Below, one piece after another: positions 1 to 12,247 of a stretch of 64,000 nt of DNA. The stretch lies in NCBI GenBank assembly GCA_973895155.1, contig OZ316894.1, positions 16,112,699 through 16,176,698 of the forward strand, in the 5' to 3' direction. The notes beneath the pieces are model-generated. The model was not told the DNA's origin and did no database searches. It saw only the letters and a list, made by a program, of their open reading frames with translations. Source of the stretch: Marsupella aquatica. Taxonomy: Eukaryota; Plantae; Marchantiophyta. Numbering within the stretch: the first letter of the stretch is position 1; every line of letters starts with the position of its first letter. The position numbers and the translations under genes were made by a program.

Positions 1-758
1 GGCGCCGTCGAAGGCACCGTCGGCCCCATTTTTAGTTTAGGGTTTAGAAGCATGTGTGTGCCGTATGGTTTTAGTTTAGGGGTTTCTTAGTAAAGGGTTT
101 AGCGGCGCCGCTAGGGTAAGCCGCCATCGTTGTGGCCCCGTGAGGGGAGCTTTGGTGTTTTTTTTTTGGTATTTAGGGGGAAAGCCCCGGAGTAGTTAGG
201 GGGGAACTCAGTCTAGTGTTTGCTTAGGGAAGTTAGCTCGTAGCCAAAAGAGGAAATCAAGCCAGAGTAGTGAGGTAGAGGTGTAGCACTTGCCCCAGTG
301 AGGCAGTAGTTGGGCAGACGGCAAGAGGCCGGGTTGTCCTTGCAATGTGTTACAACGTTTTGCCAAAAGATATGGATTTGGTTTGATTCCTCAAGTTTTG
401 GTGTGGCGTTATTTTTTTCTGGTTCACGATTGTGTTCTTTCCCCAAGAAGTGTCTAAAGAATACTTGCACGGATTGGTCGACCATGTGAGTAGGGGGGTG
501 GTGAGAGCACTCCACCAACGACCAGTAGGAGTGTGTGTGTGTGTGGCGTAGTCCATAGGACTTGATCAAAAGCAGCGGGACTAGTCGGTAGACTTGATCA
601 AAAACTACATTTCCGGGAGCGGAAATAAACATACTCTGAATCCTACATGCAATAGAATCCTAATAGCGTCCCTCCACGTTCCCGTCATACGATAACAAAC
701 GATTTTAGTAGGAGTAAATACGTATTTGTTGTGTAAATCGTTTGATAAGCAGGTGATA
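1..758. mobile_element. Unidentified repeat (possibly an LTR end) abutting or inserted into the copia protease region
   Basis: Similarity to the 26.7-32.9 kb copia stops abruptly at ~759. The sequence to the left is unrelated and non-coding and ends in ...aggtgata, one change from an LTR-type ...gtgaca. The other end lies outside the window. Confidence 0.4.
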
Positions 759-3724
759 ATTCTTCAACGTTCTTACAACACCATCAAACATCTGAAATCT
801 TACAGATCCAAGTCCAACAACTTGACATGGGATTCCATTTCCCATCAACACTGACCCGTTGGAAACCGTGTAAAACTGAAAAAATCTCTCCTCGAGCAAA
901 TGTGAAAAGTACATGCACTATTTAGAATCCAGTCATCACTACCTGGATTTGACACTACGTTGAGAGCATAATCTTGGCATCACAATATGTCATCATCATC
1001 GAGTAAATCTACCTCATGCGAGCTCGATGCTGCGTTAGCAGATGTAGTAGGGATCTTTACTCGACAATCCCTTTTCATGTGGCCGGGCTTGCCACAATTC
1101 CAACATGCAAGAGGCTTCCTCTCTTGCGATTCCCTTTGGATTTAGATCTTCCTTGTGATGTAGATCTAAACCTGTTCTGTCCATTTGTGCGCTGCGCTTT
1201 TCTTCCCCGGTTCACGTTCAGCGCAGTGCTAGAAGAAGATGTTGTCTGTGATTGACCCAGCTTCTTCTGAGCATCATCAGACAGTAAAGAGCTCACCACC
1301 TCATTATACGAAATGGACTTCAGATCTCTATACAAGAGCACCTGTTTCAAGCCCTGAGATGACGGCGGTAAGGAGCTTAGCAGAATCAAGGCCTTATCCT
1401 CATCTTCAACTCCTTTTCCGAGGTTTGACAGATCCACCCCTAGACTGTCAAACTCATCTAGGTGATCCTGCATCTTGCTCCCTTCCTTGAGTCTGAGTCT
1501 CATCAAGAGAGACTTCTTGTACAGCCGGTCTGACACATCTTCCCGGTAGTACTTCTCTCTTAGAGCCTTGAACAATGATGCGCAATCCGCATAATCATCC
1601 AGCTGCTTGATGATGTGCGACTTGAGATATAGCATCACTGCATTGACAGCAATCACCTGCTCTTGTCTCCATTGTCTCACAAAAATCTCCTCCTCTCCAT
1701 CATACTGCTCTCGCAAAGAAAGCAGATGAGCTAAGCCCATGGCCCGTAGAACACCCTTCACTTGCTTCTCTCAGAGCAAGTAATCAGTACGACCATCGTA
1801 CTTCTTCATCTCAAACTTCACTCCTCCAAATCTAGCCATCTCCCTCTTCTTCCCTACTATCGATAGCTCTGGTAGTAGAACAACTTCCTCCACTGCACGC
1901 CGCACCGGTGATCATACCGGTGTACTAGTTCCTCCTCAAATGGTAGCAACTCCTCCTTAGACTCTCCGTCTGACCGTCGCGATCCTGAAGCTCCACCGAC
2001 ACCAATTCTTCCAGTATCCTTCGAGTCACTCATATGAAACAATCACAAAAAAAATCTTTTTTTGAAACTTCTCATAAAACTCAAAACTCAACACCGTCGC
2101 GTAGCCTACAAAGCTAGGAGTCCAATATTGAAAGCCGAAATAAAAATCAAAATTCAACGGAAAAGTTACTCAAATTTTGGTCAGAGTGGGTAAAACCTTG
2201 GGAAACTCTCCCATTTTGACCACCTCAGAGAATAACCAAAATACCCAGTACAACCCGTCGTCGGAATCGCGATGTGATTGGTGCATCGCGTTGCCAACTC
2301 CAGTGGCAACGTCCTCACCAAAAAAGAACCAAAAAAGTTACCGTTCAGCGGATGGAATCTTTGTTGGACGGCCAAAAAATAGCTCACTGTTTTTTGGGAA
2401 TATTCACGCACAGTTTGACAGGTCTCACAGGGGGCCGTTCCCCCTGTCGGAGCAGTTAAAACAAAGGGCGGCAGGTCCCGTCACAAGAGGAAAAGCAAAG
2501 GAGAAATAAAAGGGTAAAAAGTGGGCCCTAAAGGGGGTCTTTAAGCCCCTTATCACTAAAATGCCGTGTATAAAAAAAGGCGCATCCACATAGGCGACGC
2601 GAGGCGGGCCAGGCACCGTCGAGGGTCTGGGAGGGGGAAATACACGGCAGCCGGCGAGAGTAGGGCGTATGGGCGGGTGTGCGTACTCACCGAAGCCAGG
2701 GGCCGGGGACAAGGTGCGGGGGTCGTAGGGTCGACAAGGGCGGGGCAGGGCCAGCCGGAGGCAGCCCCCCGGTGCATACTAGAAAGACGGGGAGGGGGTT
2801 AGGGCCACCAGCTGTGGCTGCAAACGTGCCGGCTGGCGCAGCTCGCCGCTGCGTGCAAGACAGGATCGGGGGGGAAAAAAGGACCGGTGACGCGCGGCCC
2901 TTTTTGGGAGTATCGGGGTCACGGGGGAAGGGGGGCGAATACACAGCCGGCCGGGGGTAAATGAGTGGGGCCCGAAATGAGGTGTGTATACACACAAAAG
3001 TGTCCCCAAAACCCCCCTAAAAAGGCAAAAGAATCCCTCGGGTTAAGGAAGGAACAACACACCTTAACCGTCACCGTTTCCAATGATAAAACAACGAGTT
3101 ACCGACGGGATTTGTTGCCGAATCACACCGGCACCGTCTGCAACACCAGCACTGTAAAAACTTCCACCGCGTTGCCTTCACTCCGCATCAAGTGCCAATC
3201 TCGGGCTCAAAACGACCGCCTCACTGCGATCAAACTGTTGAGCCAAAGCACTTCGCGTCTTCCACTGAGTCGGACGTAACGAAGAGAAACCCGGTTCAGA
3301 TGTGAACAAGCTCCATAGCTTGTGAAAAAAAAACCTGAACGCCTCCGTCACTCGTCACGTCTCACTTGGTAACAACTCGGCAACTATCCAGCTACCAAAA
3401 CGACCAGCTCGCTTCAACCTTCAACTTGAGCTATAATGTGCGACCCCTCCCGCACCGCACAGCTCACACCATTGGAAAATGCAAACTCTGGTCTCTCCCC
3501 CGAAATACCGTCGAACACAAATAAACCCTGAACGATGCAAATTTCAATTCCTCCGCACCACGGATACCGATCAGCAAGTTCTAACCACCGTTAGAACACC
3601 CTCTCACTAACCTATCCGCTCAGCCACACACATTCAAGTTTCATGGAATGAAACTCCGAATGTGCCACCAACAATGAACGCTGGAAAAACCTGTCACGAA
3701 AAAACCTCGTCACCTCCCAGGCAT

Positions 3725-3736
3725 GCTCTAATACCA
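3725..3736 (-). promoter_or_regulatory. Primer binding site (tRNA-iMet type)
   Basis: Minus strand reads TGGTATTAGAGC, 2 nt after the LTR and one mismatch from the canonical TGGTATCAGAGC. Confidence 0.85.
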
Positions 3737-3738
3737 CT

Positions 3739-4082
3739 TGTTGAGCATAGATGACATTCGTAACAGCAAGCACATGAACCATCCAACGCACAATAGTCGA
3801 CACAGAGAGATACGTGGTTCACCTCCACATGAGGCTACGTCCACGGGAACACACAAGAGCTTTACTGCACTCTAGGTCGACCGGTCATACCAAGCATCCA
3901 CAGCACAAGCTCTCCCTATCTTTCAACTAGCCCCGTAACAATGAACCTAAGTTCCACCAAGGTCTGGCATCAGCCCTGGCTTTATACACAACAGCACTAC
4001 CGTTAACATTAGTTAAGTCCTCACTCGAGTTAGACTAACTGTGGTTAGCTCATGAGTCACAAGACTAGAGCAATATCTAACA
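3739..4082 (-). repeat. copia 5' LTR (344 bp)
   Basis: tgttgagcatag...caatatctaaca; homologous to the LTRs at 14203, 26657 and 32539. Confidence 0.95.
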
Positions 4083-5982
4083 CAAGGTAGAAATTTCTCC
4101 TCTAACTTTCTCAGATTTTAATGAAAGTTGGTAATATTAGACTTGTTGGGGAGATCTGTCCAAGCTACTTGTGACTGAAGAAGAGCTGATTCCATTGCAT
4201 TTCACAAGAATTTAAAAGTTAAAATTTGTTGAACAAAATACTTTCCAGAAGCTAGAAGAGTGTGAGCTGGTTGGTATGTAAAGGGTGTCATGGTCCATGG
4301 GGATTGTATGGTTCACAAGCTCATTCCATGCAGGCTACAATTTACCATATATAATTTCCCGGTGTACTTTAAAACCAATGTATATGTTGATAAGCAATGT
4401 TTTACATCAAATATTTAGAATCTTCCTGAAATATGCAGCCATTTTCCCCAAATATGAATAACCATTTTCCCCAAATTTGACAAAAACTAACAAGTTTTTT
4501 GCGGGATTTTTTGTCAGAGGGACTGAAGTTTTCAATAAACCAAATATCTAAAATGTTCCTGAAATATGCATTGTAACAATTTCCCAATCTCACAAACACT
4601 ACTTGACTTTTTGTCAATAATTAATCTTTTTATCAATCCCTGTCAACAGGGACTGAAGTTTTCAATAATTGTTTAATAATTGAGCAAATCTGAGTGTCCC
4701 TACAGTAGTACTCTGGTGCCTCCCAAGCTCTCTCTCTCTCTCTCTAGTATATCTTCTTGCACCTGCAATGTAGACGAGTTCATATGGTTGTAAAGGTATT
4801 CTTGCCAGTCGCACTCTCTGCAACTAGTAACTAGTAACTAGTACCTCACAAAGCTGCAATGTCCATCTGAGTTGAGAGGTTAAACACTGTGATCCATCGG
4901 AGCATCAACTTCCATGGAGGGTGTAAGGGAAACAATGACATGCACCATCGGACCATGGCTTTTGCTAAATGAAAAGTCTACTGTCGTACTGTTCAAAGAA
5001 ATTGAAGCATTGAGACGAAGGGAATTCTCCCAAAACTTTGACTGAGAGTGCTCAACTTATTGTATGGGGACTGCTCACAGCATTTGAAGAACACAATTTT
5101 AGGGAGAAGGTGGCAAGTGAAGTTCCCCCTAAACTTAATGTGTGGGGACTGCTCATAAAGGACTCAAGTAGGGCACATTTTCAGGGAGAAGGTGTGGGTT
5201 CAAGTCCCCTCTCTCTCGCTGTGTGTGGGGGAGGATTGGTGGGTGGGTGGCTAGGTAAGCTGGGCCAAGAGCCATACAAATTTCCTGCAGATGAAAAAAT
5301 TCGGTGCCCTCAACAAAAGATAAGAAACCAGTAGAATCCTCGTTAACCAAGATTTCTGAAAAAGCTCATGTGCAAGGGCTCACCTCAATTCAAAATAAAA
5401 TAAATAATCTTGTAAACCTTGTAAAATTGAGACATCTCTTCCAATGCTTTGGGGCCTAGTTCCTACATGCTGAACCCTGTAGGACATAGGCCACTCTCGA
5501 GTCTAAAGATAGTTTAATACTACAAAAGAATGGATGATGGTGAGAACACACGAAGGCCAGAGCGCATAGTTGATTAGCATGTGGTTTCAGATATATGTAG
5601 CCTTTAACATCAAGGTTAGCAAACGAAGCCCGTCTTTCATCAGGCCTTGCAGGGACTAACATTAATAGAATCACACACTGGAAAAAATGACGTGACATAC
5701 AGGGTCTTCAGTGTTTCCAGCAGTGATGGACACCACCGAGCATAATGCGCTGCTCGCCTATCAACATCTGATTTTGTTAAGAATGGACATTGTGTCGTGT
5801 AAAATCGCTAGTGTTCTAAGCTCCATCAGATATCCGGTGGCTCGGACCAATTACGAACATGATGATGCAGATCTGATCTCCATGTTTTATCATGTTGATA
5901 AGCGATATACATCCGCCGAATCCACGCTCCGTTGTTTAAAATGAAGTGAAATCTAATGGATGCGATCTAACTCTGATTCTGC

Positions 5983-8900
5983 TTAGGGGCCCTTGAAGAT
6001 TTTGCGATTGGCCAAGGGCTGCAGAGGTCTCTGCAATTTTTCAGAAGGTTGAAGAGAACGTTATCAATTCAAGTCTACAGCCAGCAAGGAAAACCAGAAC
6101 GCAAATTTCGAACTCTTCTCAGAGCAGGCCAACCATTTCAAAAAGATCATACACAAACTGTAAACAGACGAAAGGAAGCAGAACAATCTCCCCCAATCCC
6201 TCAAGCACTTCTCGAAAGCAGATGTAATCCAACCCGTCAACCACTCAACGTCATTCCATTGGACTACCAAGTAGTTGAAAGGGATGATAGTAAACAATGA
6301 TCCTCAAATCGAAGACGAGAATGTAACAGCACCTGCCAGTTTCACTCAGAACCAGAGGCATCATAACCAACTATACTGGACAACCCAAAGCCATCCGTCG
6401 CAGCAATAACCAGGTGGCTAAATAGGCCAAAATAGAGGAGGGACCAATCAGTGGCTTTCAGTTTCACCCAGTATCCATAATGAATATGGTTGTGCAGGAG
6501 ATAGCAGTGTCTGCACAAACCCAGGTTAGAGAGATTACCGAATTGAAGGCAAGCGAGTGTCCATCCCCGGAAAAGCGCATGAAGTCAACAACTTGAGAAC
6601 TGTTGATCTTCAATGGTGTATCTGGCATTCATAGATGGAACAATCAATGGCTCCGTGACTTTTGTGCAGCTCAACTGTACAACAACTCACGAACTTCGCC
6701 AGTATGTACGAAGCTTCTTGCTCTGATACACTGCAAGTCAGACACTGGCATACAATCCAAAGACTGAGCATTTCTCAAACAATAGGGAGTGAGAACTGCC
6801 GACAAAAGTTGTAAGACCTTCTGAAAGGCTTACCGAGAACAAACCAATCCACACCCTCTGAGCAGGGAGGTGTAGTCAGTGAACCACCATAATGGACATA
6901 GCCTCTAGAGCCAACCTGCATAGAATGGACTTTAACATCAAAACCGGCAGAATTACTACCTTAGAGAACGGCCAGAATGACAAGGAGTCTTTAACCCTGG
7001 GAATGATTGTACCAAATATAATTTTTTAAACCTGAGAAGTATAGTCATTTTCAACTAAACTTGTTACCTTTGGACTAGGAGGAAGGAGGAAACTTGGAGA
7101 AACCTTGATTGGTGTATCCCTATATCACACAAAATTAAGGCGTCAGATGTTCCACTAGGTCAAAAATGTCAAATAACGTACCTGTGAATTTGTCTACCAA
7201 CGAGGAACACACAAAAACTTACACTGACAAACCATGTTCTTGTGGAACAAAAGCCAGACTTGCGGCAAGACATTTGTTTGGCGAGGCACTTTTGGTTGCA
7301 TCCAGCATCACTCTGCAATTACATGAACCCCACAATTAGAACTGTCGTCTTCAAGTTTTCGCAGCTCAAAGTTACATCAAAACAATCACTTTGGCATAGA
7401 TTGACGAAGACGTTACCCCACGACAGCAATTTTGGCTGAGATCGGATCACCTGCCACAGCAAATGATCTAACAATGAGCAATTGAATGCTTCCCGTGACT
7501 AGCCATTCTTTTGTAGCATCCTAGAATGTCTTGAATGATTCTAGAAAGACTCCCATCGAGAAACATACCAAACGACTATGGCTCAATAATTCAAGAACAG
7601 GCAGTTAAGCCTACCAGATGTTGAAGTGTCCAAGGACTAGAAACTTTTGACGGGGTGATTGCCTCAAACTTTTGCCTATGTTGGCTGAATCAGAATACCA
7701 TAGCCTCCAGCCCCCACCTCCCAGAAATCCTTTTGAGTGTTTCCAAACAATTGACTGTCTGTCACGCTCAGCGCTAATTCCAATTTAATTTTAAGTCTTG
7801 CTTCTAGAGCTGACTAGGGAGTCTCTACTTTCAGCTAGCTCCATCCTTGGTTCCTTCACGAAGAGCAATTCTTTCGGCAGACACGACAATTTAGAGCCCC
7901 CTTTGAGACCATTGACTTGCCACAATGAAAATGGGGAGAAGGTGAGGAAAGAATGAGATGGGCATACGATGTACCAAGTGGGCCTCCATTGGATAGCGCT
8001 CTCCATCAAACGCATGCTCTGAAGGTGCATGAAAGTGAAATTGCAGTAGTTGCAACGTCTGACCTCTGACTCTCAGAAAGTTGTTCGCCTTCCCAAAACT
8101 GACCTGGACCAAAGATGATAGTTGATTCCTCGGAACAGGTCATAAAAGCACAACATGCTATCCGAAACGAACGGTACCCCAATTTGCATGGAGAGTTCCA
8201 CAGGTCAATCTGGATTAAACCTTAAATGAATAGAGGCCACGATCAACAAATGTTGCTCTCCTGTAGCCATCCTTTCTCCATGTAATTGACGACGAGGCAA
8301 TCACACAAAGGCTACAGTAGGACGGACCTGAATGGTACCGTGACCGGTGTTCTTTACGGAGACAATGCTGGGCGAATAAACGAAGTTCAGCACTCCCAGG
8401 GATCCACCATCTTCGGTGTTGCTCGAGGTGATGTCCACGGGAGATTGCTTGGATCCGCTTTTGCACGTTCCTGTCCACATTGCAGGCCCACAGGGCCCTC
8501 CATAGTCCCAATCCTCCGCTGCTGCAGCTTCCTCACACATCCTGCAGCACCCTAAGCCTGACCAGAGAGTGGACCCCCCTAACAGCAAGGCTCCCCTTCT
8601 TCCCCAATTTCGACCAGTAGGATGGAGGTTGCGGGCTTCATCGCTCGTCTCATAATGAGCCTTCGCCTCAGTTTCACCTCCTAATTTGCTTGCATTGACT
8701 GCTGTACCTCCTCCCCCGCTAGGAATTTTTCCCATGGGTCCCTCTTCTCTTGAGGCCCTACCTGAGTTTCTAGAGCAGGTTGTTAGAATCAGATTGTGGC
8801 TTGCAACCATTCGAGTTCTTTGTGCAGAACACACGGCTCGTCGTCCAAGATTCTGTGTCTTCAAGCTGGTTAAGAAATTGTGCCCAGAAGGAATCCCTAG

Positions 8901-9050
8901 TCTCAAACAATTGCCAGCATTTCTCGAGTACATTGAGGAGGGACTCCAAGAACGGTTCGCTTGCATTTGTGCCAATGCAGGCAGGATTCCACAGTTTGAG
9001 CGAGCGACAATTCTGCAGGATAAGTGACGATGGCCTATATCTACTGCCAT
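5983..9050 (-). CDS. Alpha carbonic anhydrase, CAH3-like, with chloroplast plus Tat-type lumen presequence (8 exons)
   Basis: Exons 9050-8328, 8103-7968, 7450-7417, 7312-7223, 7119-7068, 6915-6834, 6621-6539 and 6030-5983 join in frame with GT-AG introns. Motifs: WDY..GP..W, QSPVDI, QFHFHAPSEH, EAHLVH (Zn ligands), YGGSLTTPPCSEGVDW, NSRPLQPL. The long N-terminal extension contains RR-hydrophobic-AAAA. Confidence 0.93.
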
Positions 9051-9519
9051 GGAGGCGAAGTAGCACACAACACCGTGAGGTTCACTGCATTGCTGCTAAA
9101 GCGTCATGAAGTCCTGCGCCTTCCAAAGCGTGATGAATTGGGTTCAAATGCTGACTGCTGCTCTAACTGCTCAAGAAGACGATCATGATGGTGATACTGT
9201 AGCCAGGAGCTGATTTCTGGATATGGCGACAATGCGGTCATAATCCGATACACTTCTCTGGAGGGTTTGTGTTCACGAGGTCAATTTGTGGTGACAATCA
9301 CGAAATTTGCAATCTTTTGGGACAGAGGAGTGTCACACAAAGAGGGGCAGCTCGTTTCAAGTGGTGTGAATGAGAAAATGTACCGTGTGAATCGCTGCAT
9401 AAGCGATCCTCAGTCGAACGGCTGGTTCCCACGCGAAGGCCATCGTCATGAGAATCTTGGCAAGTCGCGGAGTACAAGATTACACTTCTTTGAATGAAAG
9501 AAAAGGGCCTTCTATTTTT

Positions 9520-9975
9520 GCACCTTTCAAAGCTTTACTACTAGTTTCGACGGTGATGGTTTACCTTAACTCGCGGGTAACTACAGTCCGTGAAGGTATT
9601 CGTTTTTTACCTTTCCAAAGTTTTACCTTCTCTCGCGGGTAACTCCGTAAGGTTGTACTTAGTTACCTTTCATAGTTTTACTAGTATAATGATGATGGTT
9701 TACCTTAACTCGCAGGTGACATGAAGGTCTTGTTTTTTAACCTTTCAAAGTTTTACCTTCTCTCGCGGGTATTTGCATATGGTCTTACTTATTTACCTTT
9801 CAGAGTTTTCCTAGTATAATGATGATGGTTTACCTTAACTCGCGGGTAACTACATGAAGGTCTTCTTTTTGGACCTTTCAGAGTTTTACCTTCTCTTGCG
9901 GATAGCTGCGTAAGGTCTTACTTATTTACCTTTCAGAGTTTTGCTAGTATCGATAGCATGAAGTTTTACCTTACT
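9520..9975. repeat. Degenerate tandem repeat (~130-139 bp unit, ~3.5 copies)
   Basis: gatggtttaccttaactcgc recurs at ~9555, 9694 and 9824, with recurring tttaccttt and ctcgcgggta submotifs. Confidence 0.85.
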
Positions 9976-10564
9976 ACACTGTCCATCGCAATTAGTGCTA
10001 GTCACACTAATTGCGACTAACACTAATTGAGTAGCCCTTCAAATTTTACGTCTCACATTATATCAGATGTCACTCTAATCACAGGTCACATGAAGTCAGT
10101 GATTGTCATGATCCAGTATAAGTAAAATCAGTAGTACCATCCTCTCGGAGAACAGAGGTAAGTGCAAAGTAACAAAGGCGTGTGCATTATGTTGGGAAGA
10201 TCATCATGAGTATAAGAATTGAACAGCCATCTTGTCTGTGAGCCCGAAAAACCTCGGAAAGAACAAGCTCTTACTCCTGGTTGTCAACTTTTCGCAAAAA
10301 GACATGAACAGCTTCCAGAATTGGCATCCTAACCCTACAAAACTTGCTGGAAGGGGGCCTTCCGATAGGTTGTATATTATCCAACAGCCAGAACAACTCA
10401 GACACTATCAGGTTCTAGTGATTACTACTGCTCCCACCCCAATAGACATTAGTCCCTGTGACCGCTATGAGAAATCTCAAGAGGTGGCAGGTGAACCATT
10501 GTAAGTGGTGGACTAAGGACAAGAAAACTGTTGACAGTAATTATCTTAAGGAAAGAAACGGTGG

Positions 10565-12247
10565 TCACTTGCCCCTGTACAAACACCAAACACCATCAGT
10601 TCCTGCTCCGTGCTTGCATCCCTTTATCACAACTGCATACAGCCGCGTTCCAGAAACGAACAGATACCAACCGCTTAAGAAACAGGAGTTGGACGTAAGC
10701 CCCTTACGTGTTCATCATCAGTGTGATATTATCACCTTTGAGGAGAATTCGACCTGTAAGCAACACAGAAATGACAAAGAAAAAAGTGTCAGGACAATTG
10801 ACTCTCAAACTTATCGTGGTTCACGATCAACCACAGCAAACAACGTTTCCGGGGCAGCAACAATCTAATTTCACCTCTAGGAACCAAGCCATCGGATTAA
10901 TACCCTTTAGTTTTCATAAAGCCCTATGGACGACGACGCCTACAACATGATTTCTAATGAAAACATGACCTGATGCTCTATGGTGCTCTTCTGTCCACTA
11001 GTATGCGGTGGGGACACTACACTAAATGAGTCAAGGGAAGCCTTCCCTTGTTGGGCCTAAGAGTATGCCTTCATCTACTCAATAAATCAAATAGAAAGGA
11101 CTTCAAAAACAAGAGAACTGCAAGACTGACCAAGAGGTTTCCGCGTCTTCTTCTTTAAAGAGATTTCCTCGGCATCCTCGAGGACCAAATTCATGTATTC
11201 ATCAAAACCCTGCCAAAGATCCAACTTGTTATGACCTCCTTTGATATCTGTCTAGAAACAATACGTGAAGACTGTCAATCTGAAGCACAGACCGATCAAA
11301 GGAACCCGTAATAAACCGAAAAAATAAGAAATTGACGACACGACAGAGTAAGGAAGGTCTTACGATGATGCGTCCCTCTATTCTGAGGTCCTTCTGCTCG
11401 AACAACCAAATCTGAATCCTTGATTTCTGTACCAACAAGAACAGAAATAAGGATTGACATGTTAAAAATGCTTGCTTGCTGGACGAATAGTGACAACTTG
11501 GCAATAAGCCAGGACGTTAGAATGATCTTCAAATGTGGGAACCAACATTAGTACCTTGTAGCTGCAGATTATAAAATAATGGGAGTTATTTCGATATCAT
11601 GTGATTAAACGACGGTATGGGACGTCAACCTCGACAGCATATAAAACAAAACCACATGTGTAGTGTCCTGGAATCCCGGGCCCGACCTTCACAAAACTAG
11701 GATAATCTCAAGGGAACAACAATCAACAGTGACCAATGACTAAGAGCAGAGAGGTCAACCTAAAACCTAAACCTGGACATTCATGTTTCAACAGCTCAAC
11801 ACATCGAAAGAACTAGTCAGCAAGCATGAGCTGAACAGCGAGGGTAAGGTTCAGCAATTAACAGATAACTTACACTTTGCAGAAACCGAAAAATCAAATT
11901 CTGCACATATATATTCCGAGATAGAGGAGCCCCCAGCCCGCCGTCCAAGTTACGAAGCCACATGAAACAACCATTGAACCAACGACAGTCGTCAAGAAGT
12001 CAGAAACGTAATGGAAACCACGAGAACCAGCACGAAGAAATAAAACGTGACCAAATGAGGAGACAAGGACATAAACGTGAGCACCGAAGTGCCATGCTAT
12101 GAGCTGCGGTACAGTAACAACGACAACCCAGAAGAGGGACCCCGAAATACAGCGAGAAATTCACGAGCACACAACTATTCAGACACAGTTTTACAAAAAA
12201 CGTACGATCGGTTGGGTCATAATCCGCTGCACTTTGGTGGTCGCCAT
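10565..12247 (-). CDS. SmE: Small nuclear ribonucleoprotein E (6 coding exons)
   Basis: Exons 12247-12206 ([14 protein letters not shown]), 11900-11874 (NLIFRFLQS), 11426-11364 ([21 protein letters not shown]), 11209-11131 ([15 protein letters not shown]...), 10753-10708 ([14 protein letters not shown]) and 10574-10565 (TGK*). All introns are GT-AG. Confidence 0.97.

Larger units (their letters stand above)
759..4082 (-). mobile_element. Ty1/copia LTR retrotransposon, 5' half (5' LTR, PBS, long leader, degenerate gag and protease)
   Basis: LTR 3739-4082 (TG...CA, 344 bp), PBS at 3725-3736, Gag ORF 1075-1761 (DEDKALILLSSLP) and protease remnant 705-950. Closely similar to the copy at 26657-32882. 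Confidence 0.93.

Noticed and set aside
25-105. TTTAGGG-like motifs suggesting a telomere
   Set aside because: Only scattered, imperfect units; there is no tandem telomeric array.
2177-3279. Cluster of overlapping 60-110 aa ORFs (also 31831-32511 and 17050-17660)
   Set aside because: By-products of GC-rich or low-complexity sequence; no recognisable motifs and not conserved between the two copia copies.
7182-7193. Apparent 12-nt microexon in the carbonic anhydrase (tag|acaaattcacag|gtac)
   Set aside because: It would need a 29-nt upstream intron, and direct splicing 7223^7119 already keeps the frame.
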